Assembly: GCA_039583615.1 (NCBI GenBank)
Contig: JAVKSQ010000005.1
Location: 1,004 to 65,003 of the forward strand
Direction of reading: 5' to 3'
DNA: 64,000 nucleotides
From: Acidimicrobiales bacterium
GTDB lineage: Bacteria > Actinomycetota > Acidimicrobiia > Acidimicrobiales > QHCF01
The position numbers and the translations under genes were made by a program. Within the stretch, counting starts at the first letter, position 1, and each line of letters opens with the position of its first letter. Below the pieces are notes generated by a model. It did no database searches, had not been told where the DNA came from, and was given only the letters and a program-made list of their open reading frames with translations. Shown piece by piece: positions 28,526-37,105 of this stretch.

Positions 28526-29239
28526 GTGGCCCGGGCTGATCTCACCGGCTGGCCTCGCCGACCGGGTCGCCTTCCTGCCGCCCTGCTCCGGCGGGTGCTG
28601 CCCAGCCATCCACGGTTCGGCTTCGCTTGGGTCCACCTCGAGGACGGCTCGATCACCTTCCGCGAGGAGGGCTTCGTGGCCGCGGGCTCACCGGCGTCGC
28701 TCTTGGCGCGACACAACTACGAGACTGCCTGCATCCGGCATCTGCTGAGAGACGTCGACGCCCTTCGGTCCCTGGAGGTCGGATGCGGCTACGGCCGACT
28801 GAGCCCCGTGCTGGCCGAGTTCTCCCGGGCCCACCTCGCGCTCGACATCAACGAGGCGGCCCTGGAGCAGGCTCGCACCATGTACCCCGAGCTCACCTTT
28901 CAGAGAGCCTCGGCCTCCGACCTGCCGTTTCCGAGCGACTGCTTCCAGCTGGTGACCACCTGGACGGTGGTTCAGCACATCCCGCCAGGCCAGATAGCCG
29001 CCGCATGCTCGGAGCTGATCCGGGTCCTGGTCCCCGGTGGGGTCCTGCTCACCTGCGAAGAGACCCGCCAGGCGGGGCGTCCGGCGGGTGGGCGGCGACC
29101 ACCACACACCTGGCACCGTGGCGTGGAGGACTACCAGCGCCTGTTCGAGCCCCTCAGCCTGGCCTACTCATCTTTCATCCACGAGCTCGACCGGCTGCCG
29201 GGAATGCAGTCGCCTGGACGGGTGATGCTCTGGCGCTAG
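28526..29239 (+). CDS. Class I SAM-dependent methyltransferase
   Basis: Strings SLEVGCGYGRLSPVLA, FQLVTTWTVVQHI and LVPGGVLLTCE support the call. Confidence 0.75.
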   Translation: MARADLTGWPRRPGRLPAALLRRVLPSHPRFGFAWVHLEDGSITFREEGFVAAGSPASLLARHNYETACIRHLLRDVDALRSLEVGCGYGRLSPVLAEFSRAHLALDINEAALEQARTMYPELTFQRASASDLPFPSDCFQLVTTWTVVQHIPPGQIAAACSELIRVLVPGGVLLTCEETRQAGRPAGGRRPPHTWHRGVEDYQRLFEPLSLAYSSFIHELDRLPGMQSPGRVMLWR

Positions 29240-29266
29240 CCTGGATCTGCGCTAACGGAAGGAGCC

Positions 29267-30307
29267 ATGACCGATCCCGTGGCAGCTGCGGGAGGACGCT
29301 CATCTAGTTGGGCCAACTGGAATTGGGCGACATCCAAGGCGGGTGATGCCTGCCGGTTGGCGGCCGGGATATGCAGGGGGTTGCACGGCCTTCGCGGGCG
29401 CGGGCGCGGGGGCCATCTTCTTCATGGGCTCATGCGTGAGCAGCTGGGCGGCGCAGCTGCTGGCAGCTGGGACATCCCGATGCGGAGGGGCCATGAGATG
29501 CGCTCGCCCTGGTCCACCGTCCAGAGCTGGACGGCGGCCTTCACCGGCCAGTACGACGAGGCGGAGATAGACCTCCTGCTTAGCTTCGCCGACCAGGGAA
29601 CCCTGCTGTTGGACGTGGGCGCCTCGGTCGGGTTCTGGACCGTCCCACTCGCCATGGCGGCCCGGGATAGGCAGGGCCGCGTCCTGGCCATCGAGCCTCT
29701 GTCCGCCAACGTCGGATTGCTGAGAGCCAATCTGGCGCGCAACGGTCTGGGCCATGTGGTGGACATCTGTCCGGTAGCCCTGGGCTCGGACCCGGGCGAG
29801 GCAGTGGCGGTGGTGGAGCCGGGAGGTGCTGGAAATGCGTGGGTGGACCCGCCCCTGCCCGAGGGCGGCCAGACCTGGGGGGCGGCCTGGACCGAGACCG
29901 TCCGGGTAACACCGCTGGACGCCATGGCGCTGCCGCCCTCGTGCATCGGCCTGCGGTGCAGCGTCGTCAAGCTCGACGTGGAGGGCTTGGAGATGGCGGT
30001 TCTGGAGGGTGGCGCCAACTTCATGACACGTCACCGACCCGTCCTCCTCGGTGAATTCTCTCCAGAGTGCTTCGCCCGACGGGGGGTGCCCGGCGACGCA
30101 CCCCAGCGGTGGGCCGAGAGCACGGGCTACTGCTGCCACGAGGTGGTGCACGAGCGCAACAGCCGCATCTCGGACCAGTACCGGGTCGTCCTGGTGGCTC
30201 GCCGGAGCGGAGAGGCCCGTGGTGACGGAGCCCTTCTCCTGACCCCGGCCGACCTGCTGGCCCCGGACGCCCTCCTGACCCGGGGGGACATGGCCGTCCC
30301 GCCCTGA
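29267..30307 (+). CDS. FkbM-family methyltransferase
   Basis: Strings LLDVGASVGFWTVPLA, LAIEPLSANVGLLRANL and KLDVEGLEMAVLEG support the call. AAGGAG precedes the ATG. Confidence 0.8.
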   Translation: MTDPVAAAGGRSSSWANWNWATSKAGDACRLAAGICRGLHGLRGRGRGGHLLHGLMREQLGGAAAGSWDIPMRRGHEMRSPWSTVQSWTAAFTGQYDEAEIDLLLSFADQGTLLLDVGASVGFWTVPLAMAARDRQGRVLAIEPLSANVGLLRANLARNGLGHVVDICPVALGSDPGEAVAVVEPGGAGNAWVDPPLPEGGQTWGAAWTETVRVTPLDAMALPPSCIGLRCSVVKLDVEGLEMAVLEGGANFMTRHRPVLLGEFSPECFARRGVPGDAPQRWAESTGYCCHEVVHERNSRISDQYRVVLVARRSGEARGDGALLLTPADLLAPDALLTRGDMAVPP

Positions 30308-30438
30308 TCTCAGCCGGTCTTCCCCGAGGATGCCGGCCAACCCGCCGCCGCCAGGCCGAGGGGTCTGGACGCCGGCCGGTCAGGTCGACGCCTCGCCCAC
30401 CGTGGCCGCCTCGGTGGGTGCATTAGGCTGCCGCGAAG

Positions 30439-32310
30439 ATGTGCGGGATAGTGGCCGTGACCGGGCGGGACGTCAGGCCTGGGGCGTCCAAGCTGCTGGA
30501 AGCCCTCCGCCACCGGGGACCAGACGACTCTGGCCTGGTGGACTTCGGACCGGTTGCTCTGGCCGCCAGTCGCCTGGCCATTCTCGACCCGGCTCCCCGG
30601 GCCGGCCAACCCATGGGCTCGGCCGGGCGCCATCTGGCCTACAACGGCGAGCTGTACAACTTCGCCGAGCTGCGGGCCGAGCTGGCGGCCGCCGGCATCT
30701 CCTTCACCACCACCGGCGACACCGAGGTCGTGCTCCAGGCCGTCGTCCGCTGGGGCCAAGGTGCGTGCCAGCGGTTCCGCGGCATGTTCGCCCTCATCGT
30801 CTTCGACGAGACGACCGGAGAGCTGTGGGCCGCCCGCGACCGCTACGGGATCAAGCCCCTCTACTGGCGAACGCGACCGGGCGGGGGGATCGCCCTGGCC
30901 TCGGAGGCGACACCGCTGGCGGCCATGGGGGCAGCGGGGACCAGCGTGGCCGGCCTCGCCGATTTCCTGCGCTTCGGTGCGCCTGTCACCTCAGGCATCT
31001 TCGACGGCGTGAGCGAGCTGGAGCCGGGCACGGTCACGACCTGGAGACCCGATGGGTCCAGGCGGGCGGAGCCGTACCGCCAGGAAGCTGCCCACTGCCC
31101 TGGCGCTTGGCTGGAGCCCGCCGACCTGCTGCACCAGAGCGTGACCGAGCACCTGGTCGCTGACAGGCCAGTGGCCCTCTTCCTCAGCGGGGGCTTCGAC
31201 TCAGGGGCGCTGGCGGCCCAGTCCCACCAGGCCGCTCGGCCACCGACCGCCCTATCCCTGGCCTATCCGGGCAACGGGGCAGATCTGGCCCGAGCCCGGG
31301 CCACGGCGGCGCACTTCGACCTGGATCACCGGGTGGTCCACCTGGAGACTGGTGACCTGGCTGCTCAGATCGCCGCATTCCTGGCGGCCATGGACCAACC
31401 CACTGTTGACGGGCTCAACACGTTCCTGGTGGCGGGAATCGCAGCCGACGAGGGGTTCCCGGTCGCCCTGAGTGGCCTGGGCGGCGACGAGGTCCTGGGT
31501 GGCTACGGGTACTACCGCCGGCTGGCGCTGTTCAACCTGGCGGCCAGGGGCTGGCGCCGGCTGCCGTCGCCGCTGCGCCGGGCGGGAATCGTGGTCGGCT
31601 CCCGTCACTACGCCCGCCCGCCCGGCCAGCTGGTCGCCATGCTGGAGGCCCGAACGTTGCCGGACCTGCACCAGTCATGGAGGAGCCTGTTCACCGCCGC
31701 CGAGGTGACCCGTCTCACCGGGACCGCGCTGCCCGCCAGTGACCCAGGGCAGGTCGACCCGGTCTCGTCGCCGGGCCTCCAGCTCCACCGACTCGATCTG
31801 GAGACCTATCTGCGGCCGGTCCTGCTCCGGGACACCGACGCCTACTCGATGGCCCATGGGGTCGAGGTCCGCGTCCCTTTCCTCGACCACCGGTTGGTGA
31901 GCGCGGCCAACCAGGGCTCCGCCTCCTTCACCAAGACCGACCTGGCCCGCCAGCTCGGAGACGCCTATCTTGGCGGGCTCGCTCGCCGGCCCAAGCTGGC
32001 CTTCTCGTTGCCGTGGGGACGCTGGCTGAGGGTGGCTCGGGAGGTGGCGGGCGAGGTGTTGGCCGATGTCGATCCCTGGCGGGGGCTGGTCGATCCAGCC
32101 CCGGCCCGGGCAGTCGTCGAGCGGCGTGGCCCCGAGGGGCGCAACAGCCCGTTGCGGGCCTGGGCACTGATAGCGCTGTCGTGCTGGCTGGCCCGCCAGC
32201 CCCAGGAGCGCTCGATGCCGGCCCGGCGGAGCCTCTCTACGCCCCCGCCGGCGAGCAGCCCACCGATCGGCACCCGCGGGTCCGGGCGGAACTGGGGATG
32301 GCCGAGCTGA
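30439..32310 (+). CDS. asnB: Asparagine synthase (glutamine-hydrolysing)-like amidotransferase
   Basis: MCGIVAV provides the N-terminal Cys2 nucleophile. Other strings are HRGPDDSG, YNGELYNF and the LSGGFDSG PP-loop. Confidence 0.88.
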   Translation: MCGIVAVTGRDVRPGASKLLEALRHRGPDDSGLVDFGPVALAASRLAILDPAPRAGQPMGSAGRHLAYNGELYNFAELRAELAAAGISFTTTGDTEVVLQAVVRWGQGACQRFRGMFALIVFDETTGELWAARDRYGIKPLYWRTRPGGGIALASEATPLAAMGAAGTSVAGLADFLRFGAPVTSGIFDGVSELEPGTVTTWRPDGSRRAEPYRQEAAHCPGAWLEPADLLHQSVTEHLVADRPVALFLSGGFDSGALAAQSHQAARPPTALSLAYPGNGADLARARATAAHFDLDHRVVHLETGDLAAQIAAFLAAMDQPTVDGLNTFLVAGIAADEGFPVALSGLGGDEVLGGYGYYRRLALFNLAARGWRRLPSPLRRAGIVVGSRHYARPPGQLVAMLEARTLPDLHQSWRSLFTAAEVTRLTGTALPASDPGQVDPVSSPGLQLHRLDLETYLRPVLLRDTDAYSMAHGVEVRVPFLDHRLVSAANQGSASFTKTDLARQLGDAYLGGLARRPKLAFSLPWGRWLRVAREVAGEVLADVDPWRGLVDPAPARAVVERRGPEGRNSPLRAWALIALSCWLARQPQERSMPARRSLSTPPPASSPPIGTRGSGRNWGWPS

Positions 32311-33458
32311 GGGCAGGTCGGATACGGGTGGTCTACCTCGATCATTGCGCCGCCCTCTCGGGGGCGGAGCTGGCCTTGCTCAGGCTTCTCCCCGCTCTCG
32401 ACGGCGTAGAGGCCCACGTGATCCTGGCCGAGGACGGGCCTCTGGCTGACAGGTTGGCGAGGGCGGGAATACCCGTCGAGCTCCTCCCGATGGGCCGGCG
32501 GGCTCGCAGCCTGAGCCGTGAGCAGGTGGGGCTGCGAGCATCGGCGGGAGCCGGGGCCGTCGTAGCCGTTGGCTACGCCGCCCACCTGGCCCGGCGCCTC
32601 CGCCAGCTGGAGCCGGACCTGGTCCACACCAACTCCCTCAAGGCCGCTGTATATGGTGGCCTGGCGGCGAGGCTGGTTGGCCTGCCGGTCGTCTGGCACC
32701 TCCGTGATCGGATCGCCCCCGACTACCTGCCCAGGCCAGCCGTGGCCCTGGTCAAAGCCCTGGCCCAGGTCCTGCCCAGCGCAGTGGTGGCCAACTCGAG
32801 GGCCAGCCTCTGCGCCCTGGGGCGTCACCGGGGTCCTCATGCGGTCATCACCAGCCCGGTGGTCCCACCGGCTCGCCGCCACACCGCCTCGGAGGGCCCG
32901 GCAGTGATCGCCATGCTGGGCCGCCTGGCCCCCTGGAAGGGCCAGGACCTGTTCCTGCGAGCCTTCGCCTCCGCCTTCCCCGGTGGGTCGGAGCGGGCGG
33001 TCGTGGTCGGCTCGGCGCTGTTCGGCGAGAGCGATTATGAGGCTTACCTTCGCCAGCTGGTCAAGGATCTGGCGGTGGAGCACCGGGTGGTCTTCGCCGG
33101 CTTCCGGGAGGACGTCGCCGATTGCCTGGCCGGCATCGACATCCTGGTCCACGCCTCGGTGGTGCCGGAGCCGTTGGGCCAAGCGGTGCTGGAGGGCATG
33201 GCGAGCGGCTTGGCAGTGGTCGCCGCTCGGGCTGGGGGACCGGCGGAGATGGTGGCCGACGGCGTGGACGGGCTCCTCTACCCGCCGGGCGACGTGGACG
33301 CCCTGGCCGGTATCCTGCGCCAGCTGGCGGCCGATGCCGAGCTGCGCCGCCGACTGGGTGGGGCGGCCCGCCACCGCTCGGCTGCCTGGGCACCACCGGT
33401 GGTCGCCCGCCAGACTCTGGCGTTCTACCGCCAAGTGCTCGTCCAGCGCTCTGTCTGA
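32298..33458 (+). CDS. Glycosyltransferase, GT4-like
   Basis: The start is ATG 32298 (MAELRAGRIRVVYLDHCAALSGAE), overlapping the asnB end by 13 nt. The C-terminal string LVHASVVPEPLGQAVLEGMASGLAVVAARAGGPAEMV supports the family call. The upstream part of track ORF 32013.. is out of frame within asnB. Confidence 0.85.
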   Translation: MAELRAGRIRVVYLDHCAALSGAELALLRLLPALDGVEAHVILAEDGPLADRLARAGIPVELLPMGRRARSLSREQVGLRASAGAGAVVAVGYAAHLARRLRQLEPDLVHTNSLKAAVYGGLAARLVGLPVVWHLRDRIAPDYLPRPAVALVKALAQVLPSAVVANSRASLCALGRHRGPHAVITSPVVPPARRHTASEGPAVIAMLGRLAPWKGQDLFLRAFASAFPGGSERAVVVGSALFGESDYEAYLRQLVKDLAVEHRVVFAGFREDVADCLAGIDILVHASVVPEPLGQAVLEGMASGLAVVAARAGGPAEMVADGVDGLLYPPGDVDALAGILRQLAADAELRRRLGGAARHRSAAWAPPVVARQTLAFYRQVLVQRSV

Positions 33459-33494
33459 ACGAATGACGGGGCACAGATACACTCCTGAATCGAC

Positions 33495-34028
33495 ATGGAA
33501 ATGGCGGGATTGGAGCGAATGGCGGGAAAAGCCAGCTGGTGCCACAAGCTGATATCGATGGATCAGCTTGACGCCCAACGCCAGAGTTGGCGCCGGGAAG
33601 GAAGGGTGGTGGTCTGGACCAACGGATGCTTCGACCTGCTCCATGTCGGGCACCTGCAGACCCTGGACGCAGCCCGCCGCCTCGGGGACATACTGGTGGT
33701 CGGGGTCAACGACGATGCGTCAGCTCGCAGCCTCAAGGGCAGCGGCCGGCCGTTCGTGCCCGCCGCCGAGCGGGCCGCCCTGATCGCGGCTTTGGAGGTG
33801 GTGACCAGGGCCGTCGTCTTCTCCGGCCTCACCCCCGAGCATGTCCTCAGCCGGCTCCAGCCCGAGGTCCACTGCAAGGGGGCCGACTACGCCCCTCCTC
33901 AGGGCAAGCCCATCCCTGAGATGGCGACCGTGGAGGCCTACGGAGGACGGGTGGAGTTCCTGCCCCTGGTGGTCGCCCGCTCGACCTCGTCCCTGACCAG
34001 CCGGATCCGGGCCAACCGGTATGACTGA
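33495..34028 (+). CDS. hldC: D-glycero-beta-D-manno-heptose-1-phosphate adenylyltransferase (RfaE/HldE domain II type, stand-alone)
   Basis: The cytidylyltransferase motif VVVWTNGCFDLLHVGHLQTLDAARRLGDILVVGVNDD is present, plus SRI near the C-terminus. Several alternative ATG starts lie between 33495 and 33558. Confidence 0.85.
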   Translation: MEMAGLERMAGKASWCHKLISMDQLDAQRQSWRREGRVVVWTNGCFDLLHVGHLQTLDAARRLGDILVVGVNDDASARSLKGSGRPFVPAAERAALIAALEVVTRAVVFSGLTPEHVLSRLQPEVHCKGADYAPPQGKPIPEMATVEAYGGRVEFLPLVVARSTSSLTSRIRANRYD

Positions 34029-35145
34029 TCGGGGCATCGAGTCGACGGTGTCGCGCTTGTCTGGCACCGCCGTGTTGATAGTGGGCGACCTCATGCTGGA
34101 CGAGTACATCTGGGGCGATGTCCGGCGCATCTCTCCCGAGGCGCCCGTACCGGTCGTCGAGGTGGCGGGCCTGACCGCTGTCCCCGGAGGGGCGGCCAAC
34201 GCGGCGGCCGGGATCGTGGCCCTGGGTGGCCAGGCCCGGCTGGGCGGGGTGGTCGGTGGGGACGCCTCGGGGCAGCGACTGAGGGCTCGATTGCGCGAGC
34301 GGGGTATCGCCGTCGACGGCATCTGGTCGGACGAGAGGCGCCCGACGACGACCAAGACGCGCATCGTGGCTGGTTCCCAGCAAGTGGTCAGAGCCGACCG
34401 GGAGACCTGCGCCCCCCTGGCCGAGAGCATCGAGGACGCCCTGGGTGACTGGGCCCTGGGCCAGCTGGGCGGGGCTGGTGCGGTGATCCTCTCCGACTAC
34501 GCCAAAGGGGCCGTCTCAGCTCGGTTGGCCCAGACGCTGATCGAGGCTGCCTCGGCTCGCCGCCTGCCGGTGGTGGTCGACACCAAGGGGGTCGATTATG
34601 CCAGGTACCGGGGGGCGACCGTGCTCACCCCGAACCTCGAAGAGGCGGCACGGGCGTCCGGGCTGGTCATCGCCGACGAGGAGGACCTCTGCCGCGCCGC
34701 CAAGGTCCTGCTCGGGAACCTGGGGGGCGCCGCCTTGCTCGTCACTCGCGGCGCCCAGGGCATGACGCTGTTCACGGCCGATGGCCCGGGAGCCGACCCC
34801 GCCCACATCCAGGCGACCGCCCGCAACGTCTTCGATGTCACCGGGGCGGGGGACACGGTGGTCGCCAGCCTGGCCCTGGCCCTGGCCAGTGGCGCCAGCC
34901 TTCCCGACGCCGCCCACCTGGCCAGCGCGGCGGCGGGCGTGGTGGTTGGCAAGGTGGGAACGGCCACGGTGTCGCTCGCCGAGCTGGCGGCCGCCGGCTC
35001 ACCAGGTGGCGAGGGTCTGGCTCCGCCGGCCCCGAGCGGCGCCGGGGACCCGCCAGGGAGGATCAGTCGCGCCTCGGATGGTCGGCCCGGAACAGCAAGA
35101 AGTGCCCGAAGCGCTCCAGGCGCCGTCGGCGCGTCTCCGGCTTGA
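34021..35145 (+). CDS. hldA: D-glycero-beta-D-manno-heptose-7-phosphate kinase (RfaE/HldE domain I type, pfkB family, stand-alone)
   Basis: Strings VLIVGDLMLDEYIWGDVRRISPEAPVPVV and DVTGAGDTVVASLALALASG support the call. The ATGA start overlaps the preceding stop. The Pro/Gly-rich tail overlaps the convergent gene by 83 nt. Confidence 0.85.
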   Translation: MTDRGIESTVSRLSGTAVLIVGDLMLDEYIWGDVRRISPEAPVPVVEVAGLTAVPGGAANAAAGIVALGGQARLGGVVGGDASGQRLRARLRERGIAVDGIWSDERRPTTTKTRIVAGSQQVVRADRETCAPLAESIEDALGDWALGQLGGAGAVILSDYAKGAVSARLAQTLIEAASARRLPVVVDTKGVDYARYRGATVLTPNLEEAARASGLVIADEEDLCRAAKVLLGNLGGAALLVTRGAQGMTLFTADGPGADPAHIQATARNVFDVTGAGDTVVASLALALASGASLPDAAHLASAAAGVVVGKVGTATVSLAELAAAGSPGGEGLAPPAPSGAGDPPGRISRASDGRPGTARSARSAPGAVGASPA

Positions 35146-35896
35146 GCCGCTTCCAGACCCGGCCTCGCAGGGGCTCCGGCAGCGGGACCAGGTCGACGTC
35201 CAGGCCGGTAATCGACGTCTGGGCGCTGGTGAAGAAGGTCAGCAGCAGGTCCCGCCACTGGTCAGCCGGATAGAAGCGGGCGGTGAAGCCGTCGGTGCAG
35301 CGCCACAGGGCCTCGTCCACCGAATGAGACCTCCAGTTGCGCGACACCAGCCAATCGCGGGCCAGGGCGATGGCCAGACGGGTGGAGTCCCGGTGGTAGA
35401 CCATCCCGGCAAACGCGCCGCCGTGGCGGAGCCAGCGGCTCACGTTGCGCACGATGCGCCCGGTATGGGCCGAGTGATGGACCACTCCCCAGCTCCAGAC
35501 GACGTCGAAGCGATCGTGGAAGTCGGCACGGTCGTCCTCGGCGTCCCACTCCTCCAGCGCCCCCGTCAGCCCCTTGAGCTCGAAGCGCCGGCGGGCCAGC
35601 TCGACCGCCGGGCGGGAGATGTCGACTGCGCTGAGCAGCGCCCCGCGGCGGGCCAGCAGCTCGGCGTGCTGGCCCGATCCCAGGCCGACCTCGAGGACCT
35701 CCTTGCCCTCTAGGGAGATGTCCCCCAACAGCCGGTCCAGCGGTGATCGCCCGTCCAGGAAGTGGCGATGCTGGTCGGCGCTACGACGGTCCTGGTCGTC
35801 GAACCAGGCCAGCGAGCCGACGGGCAGTCCGGAGGCGCTGCGCCAGTCATAGGTCATCGGAGTGTGCTCCCACCAGGCGCGGTTGGCTGCCTGCAC
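35063..35896 (-). CDS. Class I SAM-dependent methyltransferase
   Basis: Strings KEVLEVGLGSGQHAELLARRGALLSAVDIS, FDVVWSWGVVHH and LRHGGAFAGMVY support the call. Confidence 0.7.
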   Translation of the reverse strand: MQAANRAWWEHTPMTYDWRSASGLPVGSLAWFDDQDRRSADQHRHFLDGRSPLDRLLGDISLEGKEVLEVGLGSGQHAELLARRGALLSAVDISRPAVELARRRFELKGLTGALEEWDAEDDRADFHDRFDVVWSWGVVHHSAHTGRIVRNVSRWLRHGGAFAGMVYHRDSTRLAIALARDWLVSRNWRSHSVDEALWRCTDGFTARFYPADQWRDLLLTFFTSAQTSITGLDVDLVPLPEPLRGRVWKRLKPETRRRRLERFGHFLLFRADHPRRD

Positions 35897-35955
35897 CGCC
35901 TCGAGCGGCTGATCGCCGAGGCGCTTGCCACCGTGTCTTCCCCCGGCCGGGTGCT

Positions 35956-37101
35956 TCAGCGGAGCACCCCTTCCAGGCGCCGCTCGACTCGATCCACTGC
36001 CGCCTTCCAGGTGTAGTCGTTCATGGCTCGGGCCCGGGCCCGGTCGCCAAGGGCTCGGGCGTAGCCGGGATGATCCAGCAGGCGCAGTGCCCCACGTCTG
36101 ATGTCTGGCAGGGAAAGGGGGTCCACCAGCAGTCCCGTCTCCTCGTGGACCACGGCATCGGGAACCCCGCCCGAGTTGCCAGCCAGCGAGGGTCGGCCGG
36201 CCAGCGCCGCCTCCAGGAAGGCGATTCCGAAGCCCTCGAACAGCGCCGGCCGCCGCGACTGCCGGGACAGCATCACGAAGGCCTGGCAGGCGTGCAGCAG
36301 GGCCGACTTGGTGGCCTCGTCGACCAGGTCGGCCATGAGCACCGCGTGGCCCACTCCGACCTGGTCGGCCAGTCGGCGCAAGCTTGCCTTGAGCTCTCCC
36401 TGACCGGCGATGACGTAGCGCAACCCGGGCCGGCGCGCCAGGAGCCTGGGCAGGGCGCGGATGAACATGTCCTGGCCCTTGTGCGCCTCGACCAGGCGGC
36501 TCACGGTCAGGAAGAAGGGTGCCACCGTGGCGGTCACCGGGTCGACCAGGCCCAGGCGACCGAGGATGGCGTCACTGTCGGCGGGAGCGATGGCGATGGC
36601 CGCCCCGTTGGCGGTGACCGCGATCCGCCCTGACGGCACCCCGCACCTGGCGACCTCCCGGGCCGTGAACCGACTGACGGCCATGACCAGATCCAGGCGA
36701 GGCCCCAGCGTCCGCATCAGCAGACGCGTCCTCGGCGCCCAGATCTCGCTGCCGTGCACCAGCGCCGCCCGGGGCGTGCCGCGAGCCGACACCATGGCGG
36801 CCGGCAACGCGTTGACATGACCAGCCAGCACGATGTCGGTCGGCTGACCTGCGGCCAGGCGCAGCATCTCGGTGAGCGCCGCCAACCGTGAGGCGTTCCA
36901 GCCCGACCGGGTCCTGAGCACCCGGAAGGCGGCGGCGCGGTCGTAGCGGCTGGCGCTCGGGTGGTGAGGAGCGATGACGGTGGTCGACCAACGCTGCGCC
37001 AGTCCGTGAGCTAGCTCGTGCATCACCGTCTCTATCCCGCCCACCGCCGGAGGAAAGGCGGGGGCCAGGACCAACAAGCGGGGTCGGTGGCGTGGTGTCA
37101 C
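35956..37101 (-). CDS. Glycosyltransferase, GT4-like
   Basis: Strings LLVLAPAFPPAVGGIE and FVMLSRQSRRPALFEGFGIAFLEAALAGRPSLAGNSGGVPDAV support the call. Confidence 0.85.
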   Translation of the reverse strand: MTPRHRPRLLVLAPAFPPAVGGIETVMHELAHGLAQRWSTTVIAPHHPSASRYDRAAAFRVLRTRSGWNASRLAALTEMLRLAAGQPTDIVLAGHVNALPAAMVSARGTPRAALVHGSEIWAPRTRLLMRTLGPRLDLVMAVSRFTAREVARCGVPSGRIAVTANGAAIAIAPADSDAILGRLGLVDPVTATVAPFFLTVSRLVEAHKGQDMFIRALPRLLARRPGLRYVIAGQGELKASLRRLADQVGVGHAVLMADLVDEATKSALLHACQAFVMLSRQSRRPALFEGFGIAFLEAALAGRPSLAGNSGGVPDAVVHEETGLLVDPLSLPDIRRGALRLLDHPGYARALGDRARARAMNDYTWKAAVDRVERRLEGVLR

Positions 37102-37105
37102 CGCG

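Noticed and set aside
35063-35145. 83-nt convergent overlap of hldA-like and methyltransferase genes as a regulatory antisense feature
   Set aside because: The overlapping part of the kinase ORF is a Pro/Gly/Ala/Arg-rich tail beyond the conserved pfkB domain. This is more likely read-through to the next chance stop than a functional overlap.
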